Part shown: in pieces, positions 30,237 to 40,720 of the stretch
Position numbering within the stretch: position 1 is the first letter of the stretch
How the letters are laid out: every line of letters starts with the position of its first letter
Assembly (NCBI GenBank): GCA_026387335.1
Contig: JAPLLX010000001.1
Coordinates: 106,620-170,619 of the forward strand
Reading direction: 5' to 3'
Length of the DNA: 64,000 bases
Source: Candidatus Omnitrophota bacterium
GTDB taxonomy: Bacteria > Omnitrophota > Gorgyraeia > Gygaellales > Profunditerraquicolaceae
Position numbers and translations under genes: made by a program
The notes under the pieces: generated by a model
The model's input: only the letters and a program-made list of their open reading frames with translations
What the model was told of the DNA's origin: nothing
Databases searched by the model: none

Positions 30237-31174
30237 TGTTTTACGCTTTTAGGGATACAATCTATGAATTAGCAAAGATGGATAAAAGGATAATTCTTAT
30301 TAGTGCTGATCAAGATGTGGGGTTAAGCCATATGCAATCCGAAATGCCTAACCAGTTTTTTATGGAAGGAATATCAGAAGCTAATGCGATAGGTATGGCT
30401 TCGGGCCTTGCTGCCGATGGTTTTAGGCCTTTTATATTGAACCATGCAAGTTTTTTGACCAGAAGGTGCTATGAACAGATTGTTTTGGATGCCTGTTTGC
30501 AGGAGCGTCCTATACGGCTGGTTGGTATGGGTTCTGGGTTAGCAACCGCTCACCTAGGGCCTACACATACGATTATTGAAGATATAGCAATAACGCGGGC
30601 TATCCCAGGAATGACTGTTATTGCTCCCTGCGATGCTGTTGAGATGAAGAAACTGATGCCGCACATATTAAAATGGCCGAAACCTGTTTATCTAAGGCTT
30701 GCAAGGTATGGAAAACCGATAGTTACTAGGGATGAAGGCGAGGTTGAAATTGGAAAGGCTGTGGTGCTTTACAAAGGTGAGTCATCCAAAAAAAACGTGT
30801 TGTTGATTTCTACAGGCGCTATGACATTAAGCGCAATAAAAGCAGTTGAAGAGCTTAAAGAGGCTGGTATTGAATGTACGGTATTGCATTTCCATACCAT
30901 AAAACCTCTGGATAAGAATGCGATTATTGAACTGGCACAAAAAGCCAAGTTGATAGTTACTTTGGAAGATCATACTATTATAGGAGGATTAGGCAGTGCT
31001 TGCTTAGAGGTTCTTATGGATAATATACATTCTAAAAATCTGCCGCAGGTTTATCGTATGGGCCTTCCTGATAAATTTATACATCAGTATGGAACACAAG
31101 AGTCATTAATGGAAGAATTTGGATTACAGCCTTTGCAGATTGCCAACAGAATAATGAAGCTTATGAAAAAATAA
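30236..31174 (+). CDS. Transketolase-like ThDP enzyme, C-terminal subunit (copy 2)
   Basis: GISEA, RCYEQI, GPTH, PVYLRL, TIKPLD, EDH..IGGLG; TAATG overlap. Confidence 0.9.
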   Translation: MFYAFRDTIYELAKMDKRIILISADQDVGLSHMQSEMPNQFFMEGISEANAIGMASGLAADGFRPFILNHASFLTRRCYEQIVLDACLQERPIRLVGMGSGLATAHLGPTHTIIEDIAITRAIPGMTVIAPCDAVEMKKLMPHILKWPKPVYLRLARYGKPIVTRDEGEVEIGKAVVLYKGESSKKNVLLISTGAMTLSAIKAVEELKEAGIECTVLHFHTIKPLDKNAIIELAQKAKLIVTLEDHTIIGGLGSACLEVLMDNIHSKNLPQVYRMGLPDKFIHQYGTQESLMEEFGLQPLQIANRIMKLMKK

Positions 31175-31235
31175 AAGTAACTTTTATAATGTCAAATTTT
31201 CGCTGGAGAAAGGCAGTTAACAATAACTAGTTAGC

Positions 31236-32471
31236 GTGAATCAAAGAATCGTGCGTTTTATCCATAATCAAGTTGATAGGATTAATGAAGGCGGGTTATC
31301 CATTTTAGTTCGGAATTTTCTTCTTCTTTTGATAACGCCATTTTTAGTATTAATAGTTTTGTTTGTGCGGCTTTTACGGCCCTTGATATTGATAAGATTC
31401 GGAGAATTAATTAGTTCTAGAATAGGTCATTTTATGAGTAATACTGAAGTATATCTTTGTGAGCGCGATTTGGGTATTCGTGGACAACGAGGTTTAGACA
31501 TATTTTATATCAATAGCTCTGTTTGTAATAAGCAATTAAAAAGAATGTGGAGCCGTGTTTTGTATATTTCTCTTTTTGCAACAGGGTTAGATTTACTCAA
31601 TCGCGCATTGCCCGGAGGGGATAAACATAGAATTCCATACCGGAATTATCAGGACAGGGATATTTATGGAGTCCTTGAATCTACAAAAGTTCATATTTCC
31701 TTTACCAGCGAAGAGGAGCGCATTGGCAGGGCATTATTAAAGAAGATTGGTATAGGAAGCGAATCCACTTTTATTTGTTTTCTTTCCAGAAACTCGGCTT
31801 ATTTGGATGCCAAATTCCCAAAAGGGAACTGGCATTATCATGATTATAGAGACTCTAATATTAAAAACTTTATTCCTGCGGTTGAAGAATTAACGCGTAG
31901 AGGATATTTTGCAGTAAGAATGGGGGCTGTAGTTAATGAAGAGTTAAAAACCGAAAATCCTATGATTATTGATTATGCAGTGAAACACAGGACAGATTTT
32001 CTTGATATTTATATGGGCGCAAAATGTAATTTTTATTTAGGTGATTCCTGTGGTTTTCATGCTATCCCTATGATATTCAGGCGGCCATTAGCGATTGTGA
32101 ATATGATTCCGCTTGAATGGGCTACTACATGGGGCTTACAGAATCTTTTTATTTCCAAAAAGTTATGGTTGTGCAAAGAGCATCGTTTATTAACTTTTCG
32201 TGAAATACTCAGTTCGGAAATAGGAAGGATTGGTGACGGCTGGCAGTATGAACAATTAGGTATAGAAGTAATTGAGAATACTCCTGAGGAAATTACTGCT
32301 TTAGCCATAGAAATGGATCAGCGTTTAAAAGGCCAGTGGCAGGCGGCTGAAGGTGACGAAGAGTTGCAGCAGCGTTTTTGGTCATTATTTAAGTCAAGTG
32401 AATTAAATGGCGTTTTTTTATCGCGTATTGGCGCGGAGTTTTTGCGTCAAAATAAAACACTACTGGAATAG
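31236..32471 (+). CDS. Putative glycosyltransferase, TIGR04372-like
   Basis: SRIGH, YRDS, VRMG, DFLD, ENTPEEI; family name recalled. Confidence 0.65.
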   Translation: MNQRIVRFIHNQVDRINEGGLSILVRNFLLLLITPFLVLIVLFVRLLRPLILIRFGELISSRIGHFMSNTEVYLCERDLGIRGQRGLDIFYINSSVCNKQLKRMWSRVLYISLFATGLDLLNRALPGGDKHRIPYRNYQDRDIYGVLESTKVHISFTSEEERIGRALLKKIGIGSESTFICFLSRNSAYLDAKFPKGNWHYHDYRDSNIKNFIPAVEELTRRGYFAVRMGAVVNEELKTENPMIIDYAVKHRTDFLDIYMGAKCNFYLGDSCGFHAIPMIFRRPLAIVNMIPLEWATTWGLQNLFISKKLWLCKEHRLLTFREILSSEIGRIGDGWQYEQLGIEVIENTPEEITALAIEMDQRLKGQWQAAEGDEELQQRFWSLFKSSELNGVFLSRIGAEFLRQNKTLLE

Positions 32472-32479
32472 GATAGATT

Positions 32480-34273
32480 ATGAAGGTATTAATATTTATT
32501 CGGGATATCTTTAGGAAATTTCCATTTTTACTTATTTCTAACACGCTGCTATTAGCTATGGTAAGCTTATTTAGCGCACTTTCTCTATTTACTATTAGTC
32601 CTCTTATAGATTTTTTAACTAATCCTGATTTACGCAATATTAGCCCTCTTACACAGAAGGCTGTGAATATCCTAAAAATTTTAGGTTTACCTGTAACATT
32701 AACTAGCTGGCTGGTGGTTTTTTTGATATTTATTACTTTGGTTAGTGTATTCCAGGCTTTTGCCCAGTGGTCTATTATAAAAACTAAATTCGCTGTACTA
32801 CGCGATATAATGCTTGGAACTTTTAAGGATTTTTTTAATGCTCGTTGGTATTTTTTTAGCAGTGGTAAACAGGGAGACCTTCTTAATACTTTTACTCGCG
32901 AGATTACTGTTGTTGGTGATGCCTTTGGGGCTATGGCGCTTTTTTTTGCCGATATTCTGCAGCTGATCTTTTTCCTGGTGGTACCTTTTTGTATTTCCTG
33001 GCAGGTAACCAGTATTAGTTTAGGTGTTGCTTTATTATTTACGCTCCCGTTTCTTTTACTATCAAAGATTGGTTATAGGCTTGGTACTCTTAATACGTCC
33101 ACAGCTAACCATTTGATTTCAGTCATTCAGGAAAATCTTAGTCTTGCAAAAGTTGTATTAGGATTCGGAAATCAGCAAAATAGTGTTAAAAATCTTGATA
33201 AGGCTTTTGATGCGCATCTGCGAGTTACTGTTAAATCGCAGATGCTTAATTTAGGCATACCGATATTCTATCGTCCTTTTGGTATGCTGATGTTGGTTAT
33301 TGCGTTGTTTACCGCGCGCCGGTTCAGTGTCCCTTTATCAGAAACCGCTGTATTATTATTGGCTTTGTTGCAGATTGCTGTCACTATTGGGGAGATAACA
33401 ATGAGGAAGAATTCCCTGGAGAATTTTTTCCCAAGTTACGAACAGATTAAAAAACTACGCGAGCAAGCTATAAAACTAAAGCAAGAATCAGGTACCAGGC
33501 AATTCAAAGGGTTTGACCGGGAATTGATTATTGAAAGGCTTTCTTTTACTTATTCCGGAAAGAAGCCTGTCTTGGTTGATATTAATGTGCGTATTCCTAA
33601 AGGGAGGATGGTAGCTTTTGTAGGCCAGTCAGGGGCAGGAAAATCAACATTTATTGATATGATAATGGGGTTTCATCAGCCTACGGCAGGCAGTATCCTA
33701 TTTGACGGTATTCCTCTGCATGATTTCGACATCCATTCTTACAGGAGCAATGTTGGGTATGTGCCCCAGGATAGTGTCTTATTTAATATGTCTATTCGGG
33801 ATAATATGTTGTGGGCTTATAGCTTGGCTACAGATAAAGATATTAGCGTGGCTTGTCAGCAGGCAAATGCCGATGAATTTATCAGACAGCTACCTGAAGG
33901 TTACAGTACGCTGGTAGGCGACAGGGGTATCCGCTTATCAGGCGGCCAGGTTCAGAGGTTGGCATTGGCAAGGGCTATTTTACGCAAGCCTTCTCTTCTG
34001 ATTCTGGATGAGGCAACCAGCTCTCTTGACACTTATTCTGAACGCCTAATCCAGCAGGCGATTGAAAATATCGCCAAAGAAACTACGGTGATTGTCATAG
34101 CGCATCGGCTTTCTACAATTACGAATGCAGATTATATATATGTGCTTAAAGATGGTAGACTGGTAGAAGAAGGCGGTTATTCAGAGCTTATTCAGATGAA
34201 TGGTTGTTTTAGCTCAATGGTCCGGCAGCAGGCATTAAATGGCGCAGAAGTAGGTTTTTCAGAAGGCAAATAA
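32480..34273 (+). CDS. ABC transporter permease+ATPase (MsbA/PglK-like glycolipid flippase)
   Basis: N-terminal TMs; Walker A GQSGAGKS, LSGGQ, LILDEATS, IAHRLST. Confidence 0.9.
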   Translation: MKVLIFIRDIFRKFPFLLISNTLLLAMVSLFSALSLFTISPLIDFLTNPDLRNISPLTQKAVNILKILGLPVTLTSWLVVFLIFITLVSVFQAFAQWSIIKTKFAVLRDIMLGTFKDFFNARWYFFSSGKQGDLLNTFTREITVVGDAFGAMALFFADILQLIFFLVVPFCISWQVTSISLGVALLFTLPFLLLSKIGYRLGTLNTSTANHLISVIQENLSLAKVVLGFGNQQNSVKNLDKAFDAHLRVTVKSQMLNLGIPIFYRPFGMLMLVIALFTARRFSVPLSETAVLLLALLQIAVTIGEITMRKNSLENFFPSYEQIKKLREQAIKLKQESGTRQFKGFDRELIIERLSFTYSGKKPVLVDINVRIPKGRMVAFVGQSGAGKSTFIDMIMGFHQPTAGSILFDGIPLHDFDIHSYRSNVGYVPQDSVLFNMSIRDNMLWAYSLATDKDISVACQQANADEFIRQLPEGYSTLVGDRGIRLSGGQVQRLALARAILRKPSLLILDEATSSLDTYSERLIQQAIENIAKETTVIVIAHRLSTITNADYIYVLKDGRLVEEGGYSELIQMNGCFSSMVRQQALNGAEVGFSEGK

Positions 34274-34343
34274 GATGTGCCGCCTTAATCTTAACCCGTT
34301 TAGTTCATGGCCTATTGATTCAGATATAGCTGTGGTAAGAACT

Positions 34344-35399
34344 ATGAAATCGAAAAATCCGAACAAGGTTGAGATAAACATTGGGGAGCGAAAAATCGGG
34401 ATAGATTATCCTCCTTTAGTGATAGCCGAGATCGGTATTAACCATGAGGGCAGTTTTGCCAAGGCAATAAAAATGATTGATGATGCAGCTCGGGTAGGTT
34501 GTGAGTGTGTAAAATTTCAGGTTCATGTGATCGCAGATGAGATGATTCCCAATGAAGTGATTCCTGCTAATGCTCAAGAATCAATCTGGGAAATCATGAA
34601 TAGATGTAAACTATCAGAAGAAGAGGATAGGGAGCTTAAAAAGTATGTAGAAGCTAAAGGTATGGTATATCTTTCTACTCCTTTTTCCCGAGATGGGGCA
34701 GACCGCTTGAGGCGGATGAAGGTAAGTGCTTTTAAAATTGGTTCAGGAGAATGCAATAATTATCCTTTGGTAGAGCATATTGCCAGCTTTGGGCAACCGG
34801 TTATACTGAGTACCGGTATGAACAATATTAATTCTATCAGAAAGAGTGTTAAAATTTTTGAGAAACATAAAACACCTTATGCCCTTTTGCACTGTACTTC
34901 TATGTATCCTACGCCTCCTGATAAAATAAGATTGGGGGCATTAGCCGATTTAAATAAGCATTTCCCTAAAGCAGTATTGGGTTTGTCTGACCATTCGATG
35001 ACTAACTTTCCCTGTTTAGCGGCCGTAGCTTTAAAAGCTAGTATCCTGGAACGGCATTTTACTTCAGATAAGAATTGGCCAGGGCCAGATATACCTATTT
35101 CTATGGATCCCAAAGAACTGGCAGAATTGATTACCGGTAGCCGCATAATACATCAAGCCTTGGGAGGAAATAAAGAAATTTTAAAAGAAGAACAGCCAAC
35201 TATAGACTTTGCCTATGCCTGTGTAGTATCAATAAAGGAGATTAAAAGAGGTGAACGTCTAACAGAAGAAAATATTTGGGTAAAGCGTCCGGGCACAGGA
35301 GAGATTAAGGCCCTTAATTTCAAAAAATTATTGGGGTTAAAAACCAAAATTGGCATTAAGGCGAATAGCCAGATTAAATGGAGCGATTTAATAAAATGA
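34344..35399 (+). CDS. neuB: NeuB-family nonulosonate synthase with SAF domain
   Basis: IAEIGINHEG, STPFS, KIGSGE, HCTSMYP, GLSDH, ERHFT, VKRPGTG; ATG 34344 preferred over 34275. Confidence 0.9.
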   Translation: MKSKNPNKVEINIGERKIGIDYPPLVIAEIGINHEGSFAKAIKMIDDAARVGCECVKFQVHVIADEMIPNEVIPANAQESIWEIMNRCKLSEEEDRELKKYVEAKGMVYLSTPFSRDGADRLRRMKVSAFKIGSGECNNYPLVEHIASFGQPVILSTGMNNINSIRKSVKIFEKHKTPYALLHCTSMYPTPPDKIRLGALADLNKHFPKAVLGLSDHSMTNFPCLAAVALKASILERHFTSDKNWPGPDIPISMDPKELAELITGSRIIHQALGGNKEILKEEQPTIDFAYACVVSIKEIKRGERLTEENIWVKRPGTGEIKALNFKKLLGLKTKIGIKANSQIKWSDLIK

Positions 35400-35474
35400 A
35401 CCATCAGGTTTAAGTTGGTGAAGTTGGATAAAAATGGAGATTTTGACCGGGATCGGCCAAGCCGATTTGGGTAG
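35396..35474 (+). pseudogene. Internally deleted remnant of a GNAT-like gene (paralog of 47590)
   Basis: ATGA overlap with neuB stop; tail GDFDRDRPS..* resembles GDADQDRPN..* at the end of the 47590 protein. Confidence 0.55.
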
Positions 35475-35486
35475 ATTGCTATATAA

Positions 35487-36461
35487 ATGCTAAATCGATG
35501 CTCAATTATTATGTACCATTTCGTGCGAGAGTTGCCGCACACTAAATATCCAAAGATAAAAGCTCTTTTGGTGAGCCAATTTTTGAATCAGTTAAACTAT
35601 TTAAGTAGGTATTATGAGTTTGTAACAATGGAAGACTGTATTGCCTCAATATATCGTGATACAGCGTTGCCAAAAAAGGCGGTCCTTCTAACTTTTGACG
35701 ATGGTTATATTGACCATTTTTCAACTGTTTTTCCAATCTTAAAAGAGAGAAAGATTCAAGGTTGTTTTTTCCCGTCAGTAAGGGCTATTAAGCATAACGA
35801 AGTTTTAGATGTTAATAAAATACACTTTATATTAGCTGCCGCTGGTAAACTTAGTTCTTTATTAGATGATGTATATTCTTGCTTGGATGAATATAGGTCA
35901 GAATACGATTTAAAGAGCAACGAATATTATTATTCTAAGTTTGCAAAAAAGAGTAGATTTGATTCAAGGGCAGTAATCTTCATAAAACATTTATTACAAA
36001 AGGAGTTAAAGGCGGACTTAAGGAAAGTTATAATAAATAGGTTATTTGCAAAATATGTTAGTAAAGATGAAGCCGACTTTTCTAAAGGATTATATATGAA
36101 TTTAGAGCAACTAAGGCATATAATAGGAAATGGAATGTATGTAGGAGGCCATGGGTATGATCATTGTTGGTTTAATGCCCTGGCTCCAGAGTTACAGGAA
36201 AAGGAAGTTGATTTATCTATCGATTTCTTAAAAGAACTAGGCTCGCCAATTGATAATTGGGTTATGAGTTATCCGTATGGCGCATATAACGATTCCCTGA
36301 TCAGTATACTGAAAAAGAAAGATTGTAAGTTAGGCCTAACCAGTAGGGTGGGGGTTGCTAAATTTACCAAGGAAAACATGTTTAAACTTGAGCGGTTGGA
36401 TACGAATGATTTACCAAAGGAAAGAAATACGAGGTTAAAAAATATAATGAAAGGCAGCTAA
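35487..36461 (+). CDS. Polysaccharide deacetylase (NodB/CE4 family)
   Basis: MYHFVR, LTFDDGY, GGHGYDH, SYPYG. Confidence 0.85.
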   Translation: MLNRCSIIMYHFVRELPHTKYPKIKALLVSQFLNQLNYLSRYYEFVTMEDCIASIYRDTALPKKAVLLTFDDGYIDHFSTVFPILKERKIQGCFFPSVRAIKHNEVLDVNKIHFILAAAGKLSSLLDDVYSCLDEYRSEYDLKSNEYYYSKFAKKSRFDSRAVIFIKHLLQKELKADLRKVIINRLFAKYVSKDEADFSKGLYMNLEQLRHIIGNGMYVGGHGYDHCWFNALAPELQEKEVDLSIDFLKELGSPIDNWVMSYPYGAYNDSLISILKKKDCKLGLTSRVGVAKFTKENMFKLERLDTNDLPKERNTRLKNIMKGS

Positions 36462-37441
36462 TGGATATGAAGAAAATATTGATAACTGGTGCAGGCGGTT
36501 TCATTGGTTCACATTTAGTTGAACACTGCTTACGGCAAGGCTATGAAGTAAGGGCTTTTCTGCATTATAATTCCAAGAATAATTGGGGGTGGCTGGAAGG
36601 GTTAAAATTAAACAAAAAAATAGAAATTGTCTGCGGAGATGTGAGAGATTATGATTTTGTTTTTAATGCTCTGAAAGGGTGCGATAGCGTCTTCCATCTT
36701 GCCGCATTAATAGGGATACCTTATTCCTACCTTTCTCCATTAGCTTACGTTAAGACAAATATTGAAGGCACCTATAACATTTTAGAAGCCTCCAGGCAGC
36801 TTAAGTTGCAAAATGTTCTTGTGACCTCAACGAGTGAAACGTATGGGACAGCTCAGTATATTCCAATTAACGAAACACATCCTATGGTGGGGCAGTCCCC
36901 TTATGCAGCCAGCAAAATAGCCGCCGACCAACTCTCTTTAAGTTATTATCTATCATTTAATCTACCGGTTAAGATCGTGCGGCCGTTTAATACTTACGGC
37001 CCCCGACAATCTGCGCGTGCGATCATACCTACAATAATTATGCAGCTTATTGAGGGTAAAAAATATATAACATTGGGCAATATGAATCCCACAAGAGACT
37101 TTAATTACGTGGAAGATACTGTAAACGGTTTTCTTGAGATAGCAAAATCTCCAAAGCTTCTTGGTGAGATTGTGAATATCGGAAGCGGAAAAGAAATTTC
37201 TGTAAACGCGCTAATAGAAATAATAGCCTCCCTGATGAAAATGAAAGTGAAAATAGCTGCCGATAAGAAAAGATTCAGGCCTGAAAAAAGCGAAGTAATG
37301 AGGCTTTGCTGCGATAACAGTAAAATAAAGAAAAATACGCATTGGAAGAGCTCTTACAGCCTTGAGCAAGGCCTGTTAAAGACAATCGATTGGGTAAAAA
37401 GAAACATAAAATTTTATAAAAGTGATATGTACTATGTCTAG
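36461..37441 (+). CDS. legB: NDP-GlcNAc 4,6-dehydratase, LegB-like
   Basis: GAGGFIGSHL, YNS.NNWGWL, HLAALIGIPYSY, STSETYGTA, QSPYAASK, RPEKSEV.RL. Confidence 0.85.
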   Translation: MDMKKILITGAGGFIGSHLVEHCLRQGYEVRAFLHYNSKNNWGWLEGLKLNKKIEIVCGDVRDYDFVFNALKGCDSVFHLAALIGIPYSYLSPLAYVKTNIEGTYNILEASRQLKLQNVLVTSTSETYGTAQYIPINETHPMVGQSPYAASKIAADQLSLSYYLSFNLPVKIVRPFNTYGPRQSARAIIPTIIMQLIEGKKYITLGNMNPTRDFNYVEDTVNGFLEIAKSPKLLGEIVNIGSGKEISVNALIEIIASLMKMKVKIAADKKRFRPEKSEVMRLCCDNSKIKKNTHWKSSYSLEQGLLKTIDWVKRNIKFYKSDMYYV

Positions 37442-37483
37442 AGGCAAAGACTATATGAAAAATCCACGAGGTGAAAAGGGAAG

Positions 37484-38407
37484 ATGCTGAAGAACCCCTT
37501 AGTGATTGTTACTGGATGTTCAGGATTTCTCGGTAAGAATTTAATAAACGAATTAGCAACAAAAGAGGTAGATGTCCTTGGGATAGATAAGGCGGCTGAG
37601 GATGGTTATGGCCATAAGAATATAAAAATTAATAGATTGGATATTTTAACCCAAAATGGTATGGCTATCCTTAGAAGATATTTAAATAAGGTAAAGAACA
37701 AAGAAATTTATTTGGTTCACCTTATGGGAATACCGGATGTGGATGAATGTGAGAAAAATAAAGCTTTAGCTTACGATGTAAATGTAAAATCCGTGAAGAG
37801 CGTATGGGAGTTAGCTAGAAATTACAATATGAAAAAAATTGTTTTCCCTTCAACTGCTTTGGTTTATGGTACTAAATACGAAGACCAGATTAACGAAGGA
37901 TTCTCTCTTTTTCCTGAGAACACATACGCCCGGGAAAAGCTTGAAGCAGAGAATTATTTGATTAACAATTCTGCAGGTTCAAAGGTAGACTCCGTAATAC
38001 TTAGGTTATCTAATATTTATGGCGTTGGTATGAATGAAAATAACGTAGTGAATACAATACTAAAACAGTTCGCCGCAGGTTATCTGAGGTTAAGGGAATA
38101 CAGAAGTGTTAGAGACTATGTGTATGTGGAAGACGTAATTAGGGCTTTTATTATGTCGATTTTTTCTGAGTGTAAATTTAAAGTCTATAATGTCGGTAGT
38201 TCCATGGGGTATTCTGTGTGGGAATTGGCTAAAACAATAGCGGTGGCAACAGGTAGGGAAAAAATTATCTTGGGAATGAATCTAAGCGAGGAAGAGATTA
38301 GGGGGAGTGCAAGATTAGTGTTATGTTGCGATAGGATAAAGAATGATTTAAAGTGGGTTCCAGACTATAATTTTGAAAGTGGCATAAAAAGGATGATGAA
38401 TGCCTAA
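37484..38407 (+). CDS. NAD-dependent epimerase/dehydratase (extended SDR)
   Basis: GCSGFLG, STALVYG, YAREK, RLSNIYG, RDYVYVED. Confidence 0.8.
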   Translation: MLKNPLVIVTGCSGFLGKNLINELATKEVDVLGIDKAAEDGYGHKNIKINRLDILTQNGMAILRRYLNKVKNKEIYLVHLMGIPDVDECEKNKALAYDVNVKSVKSVWELARNYNMKKIVFPSTALVYGTKYEDQINEGFSLFPENTYAREKLEAENYLINNSAGSKVDSVILRLSNIYGVGMNENNVVNTILKQFAAGYLRLREYRSVRDYVYVEDVIRAFIMSIFSECKFKVYNVGSSMGYSVWELAKTIAVATGREKIILGMNLSEEEIRGSARLVLCCDRIKNDLKWVPDYNFESGIKRMMNA

Positions 38408-39596
38408 GAGAAGAAAGATCGCTATATTTACCGGAAATAGGGCAGAATATGGCTTGCAATATCCAATAATTAAGGCTATCTCTGAATCTCGGATGCTAAA
38501 ATACTTTCTTCTGGTATCCGGAGCGCATTTAGACGAAAAATTTGGCTATACTAAGAAAGAGATTGAGAAAGACGGATTTAAGGTTTATGCCGAAATAAAG
38601 GCAGAAGTAAAAGCTGATAGCCTGTTTTCAACCACGCAGGCCATAGGTAATATTATTATAAACTTAAGTAGGGTTCTTAGGCGGATTAATCCGGATTTCT
38701 TGGTAGTTTATGCCGATAGATTTGAGGGCTTAGCTGCCGTTGTAACAGGTTCTCAGATGGGGATTCCCGTTGCGCATGTCGAGGGAGGAGATGTTACTTC
38801 TGGGGGGGCGCTTGATGATTATGTACGCCATGCGATGACAAAGCTTTCACATATTCATTTTACTACTAATCAAGAGGCTGCGCAAAGAATCGCCAGATTA
38901 GGTGAAGAAAAATGGAGAATATTTAATGTCGGCTTTTCTGTTGTTGACTTGATTAAGTCAGGTAAATTTGCCTCTTACGCTGAGGTATGCGAAAAGATAG
39001 GTTTTAAGTTAGATCTAAGTAAACCGGTAATATTGTTTACTCAGCATTCCATAACTACAGAGTTGAAAAATATATCCTCGCAGATCAATCCTTCGCTTGG
39101 AGCTCTTAAGTATTTTGCCGCTAAAGGCGTCCAGATTATAATTACCTATCCTAATAACGATGCGGGAGGAAGAAGAATAATAGAAATCCTGCAGAGATTA
39201 GGAAGAAAAAAGATTATCAATATAAATATATTCCCTCACTTGGGCCGTTATTATTATCATGGCCTGCTTAACATCTGCGGTAAAGAAACATTAGGTGTCT
39301 GTGTTGGAAATTCTTCAAGCGGGATTAAAGAGACTCCTGCCTTAAGCTGTCCTTTTGTAAATATCGGAACCCGACAAAAGGAAAGACTGCGTTCCATTAA
39401 TGTTATCGATACTCGTTATGATACAAATGAAATAATCCACGCCATTAATAAGTCTCTGTTCAATAAGGACTTCAGAGAAAGTTGTAGAAGATGTAGGAAT
39501 CCATATGGCGAAGGAGGCACAGGCAGGAAGATAGAGAAGGTTCTTGCCAGTTTAGCTATTAATAAGAAGCTTATTCAGAAGAAGATAACTTACTAA
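38400..39596 (+). CDS. neuC: Hydrolysing NDP-GlcNAc/Bac 2-epimerase (NeuC/LegG)
   Basis: TGNRAEYG, SGAHL, DRFE, HVEGGD, RHAMTKLS, GNSSSG, NIGTRQ, NPYG. Confidence 0.9.
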   Translation: MPKRRKIAIFTGNRAEYGLQYPIIKAISESRMLKYFLLVSGAHLDEKFGYTKKEIEKDGFKVYAEIKAEVKADSLFSTTQAIGNIIINLSRVLRRINPDFLVVYADRFEGLAAVVTGSQMGIPVAHVEGGDVTSGGALDDYVRHAMTKLSHIHFTTNQEAAQRIARLGEEKWRIFNVGFSVVDLIKSGKFASYAEVCEKIGFKLDLSKPVILFTQHSITTELKNISSQINPSLGALKYFAAKGVQIIITYPNNDAGGRRIIEILQRLGRKKIININIFPHLGRYYYHGLLNICGKETLGVCVGNSSSGIKETPALSCPFVNIGTRQKERLRSINVIDTRYDTNEIIHAINKSLFNKDFRESCRRCRNPYGEGGTGRKIEKVLASLAINKKLIQKKITY

Positions 39597-39621
39597 ACTT
39601 TAATGGAAAAAGGAGTAGATA

Positions 39622-40704
39622 ATGAACTTAAATGTTGAAGAAATCAAGAAGTTTACCGTTTCTGCGGAGATATCATTAAAAAATGTTATGAAGTTTTTGA
39701 GTGACGCAAAAAGTAGGGTAGTTTTTGTCGTAGATGAGTCCGGTAAGCTCACGGGTTCTATAACCGATGGGGATGTCAGGCGGGCTATTCTTAAAGGTGT
39801 GGATTTTAAGCAGCCCATATCCGAGATTATGTTCAAAGCCCCGCGTTTTGTCAAGCGTTCCGATAGGAAGCTCGAGGAAAAGGTGAAAAACTATCTGGTT
39901 GAAGAAAAACTTTATGCTATACCTCTTTTGGATGAACAGGATAAAATAGTAGATGTTTTCTTTTGGCATGATTTTTTAAAGTTCCATCCTTTAGAATCCC
40001 CCGAAAAAACTACCTTTACTAATCCAGTTGTGATTATGGCCGGTGGTAAGGGCGAAAGGCTAGATCCATTTACGAAAATATTACCCAAGCCCTTAATTCC
40101 TTTTGGTGATGAGCCTATAATTGATAAAATAATGGGAAATTTTAATAAGCACGGGTTTTCCAACTTTATACTTACCCTGAACTATAAAAAAGAGATGATA
40201 AAAATGTATTTTAAGGAAAATGCGTCTGCCTATAAAGTGCAATGGGTGGAAGAGGACGAGTATTTAGGGACTGCGGGAGGAATCGGGCTGCTTAAAGAAC
40301 TAGTCAGAGAAACATTTTTCGTATGTAACTGTGATACTATAATCGAGAACGACTTTAAAAATATTTTATTATGGCATAAGGCGGAAAAGGCCCTTATTAC
40401 GATTATCGGATGCCACAAAGAAATGGTAATTCCGTATGGTATTCTCGAAATGGAAGAAGGCTGCTTAAAAGCAATTAACGAAAAACCAATGTTTGATTTT
40501 GTCATAAATACTGGAGTGTATATAATTGAGCCGGAAGTCTTATCTCTTATTCCAGCCAAACAAAAACTGGATATGGACTACCTAATAGATAAAGTAATGA
40601 GCCGCGGTAAGGTCGCTGTTTATCCTATATGCGAAGGATGGCTTGATCTCGGTCAATGGAAAGAATATAAAGATAGTCTTTATTTATTGCAATACAGTAA
40701 ATAA
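39622..40704 (+). CDS. ptmE: CBS-domain sugar-1-phosphate nucleotidyltransferase (PtmE/LegX-like)
   Basis: CBS pair (ITDGDVRR), MAGGKGERL..T...PKPL, LGTAGG, WLDLG. Confidence 0.8.
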   Translation: MNLNVEEIKKFTVSAEISLKNVMKFLSDAKSRVVFVVDESGKLTGSITDGDVRRAILKGVDFKQPISEIMFKAPRFVKRSDRKLEEKVKNYLVEEKLYAIPLLDEQDKIVDVFFWHDFLKFHPLESPEKTTFTNPVVIMAGGKGERLDPFTKILPKPLIPFGDEPIIDKIMGNFNKHGFSNFILTLNYKKEMIKMYFKENASAYKVQWVEEDEYLGTAGGIGLLKELVRETFFVCNCDTIIENDFKNILLWHKAEKALITIIGCHKEMVIPYGILEMEEGCLKAINEKPMFDFVINTGVYIIEPEVLSLIPAKQKLDMDYLIDKVMSRGKVAVYPICEGWLDLGQWKEYKDSLYLLQYSK

Positions 40705-40720
40705 ATGAAAGCGTAAAATA

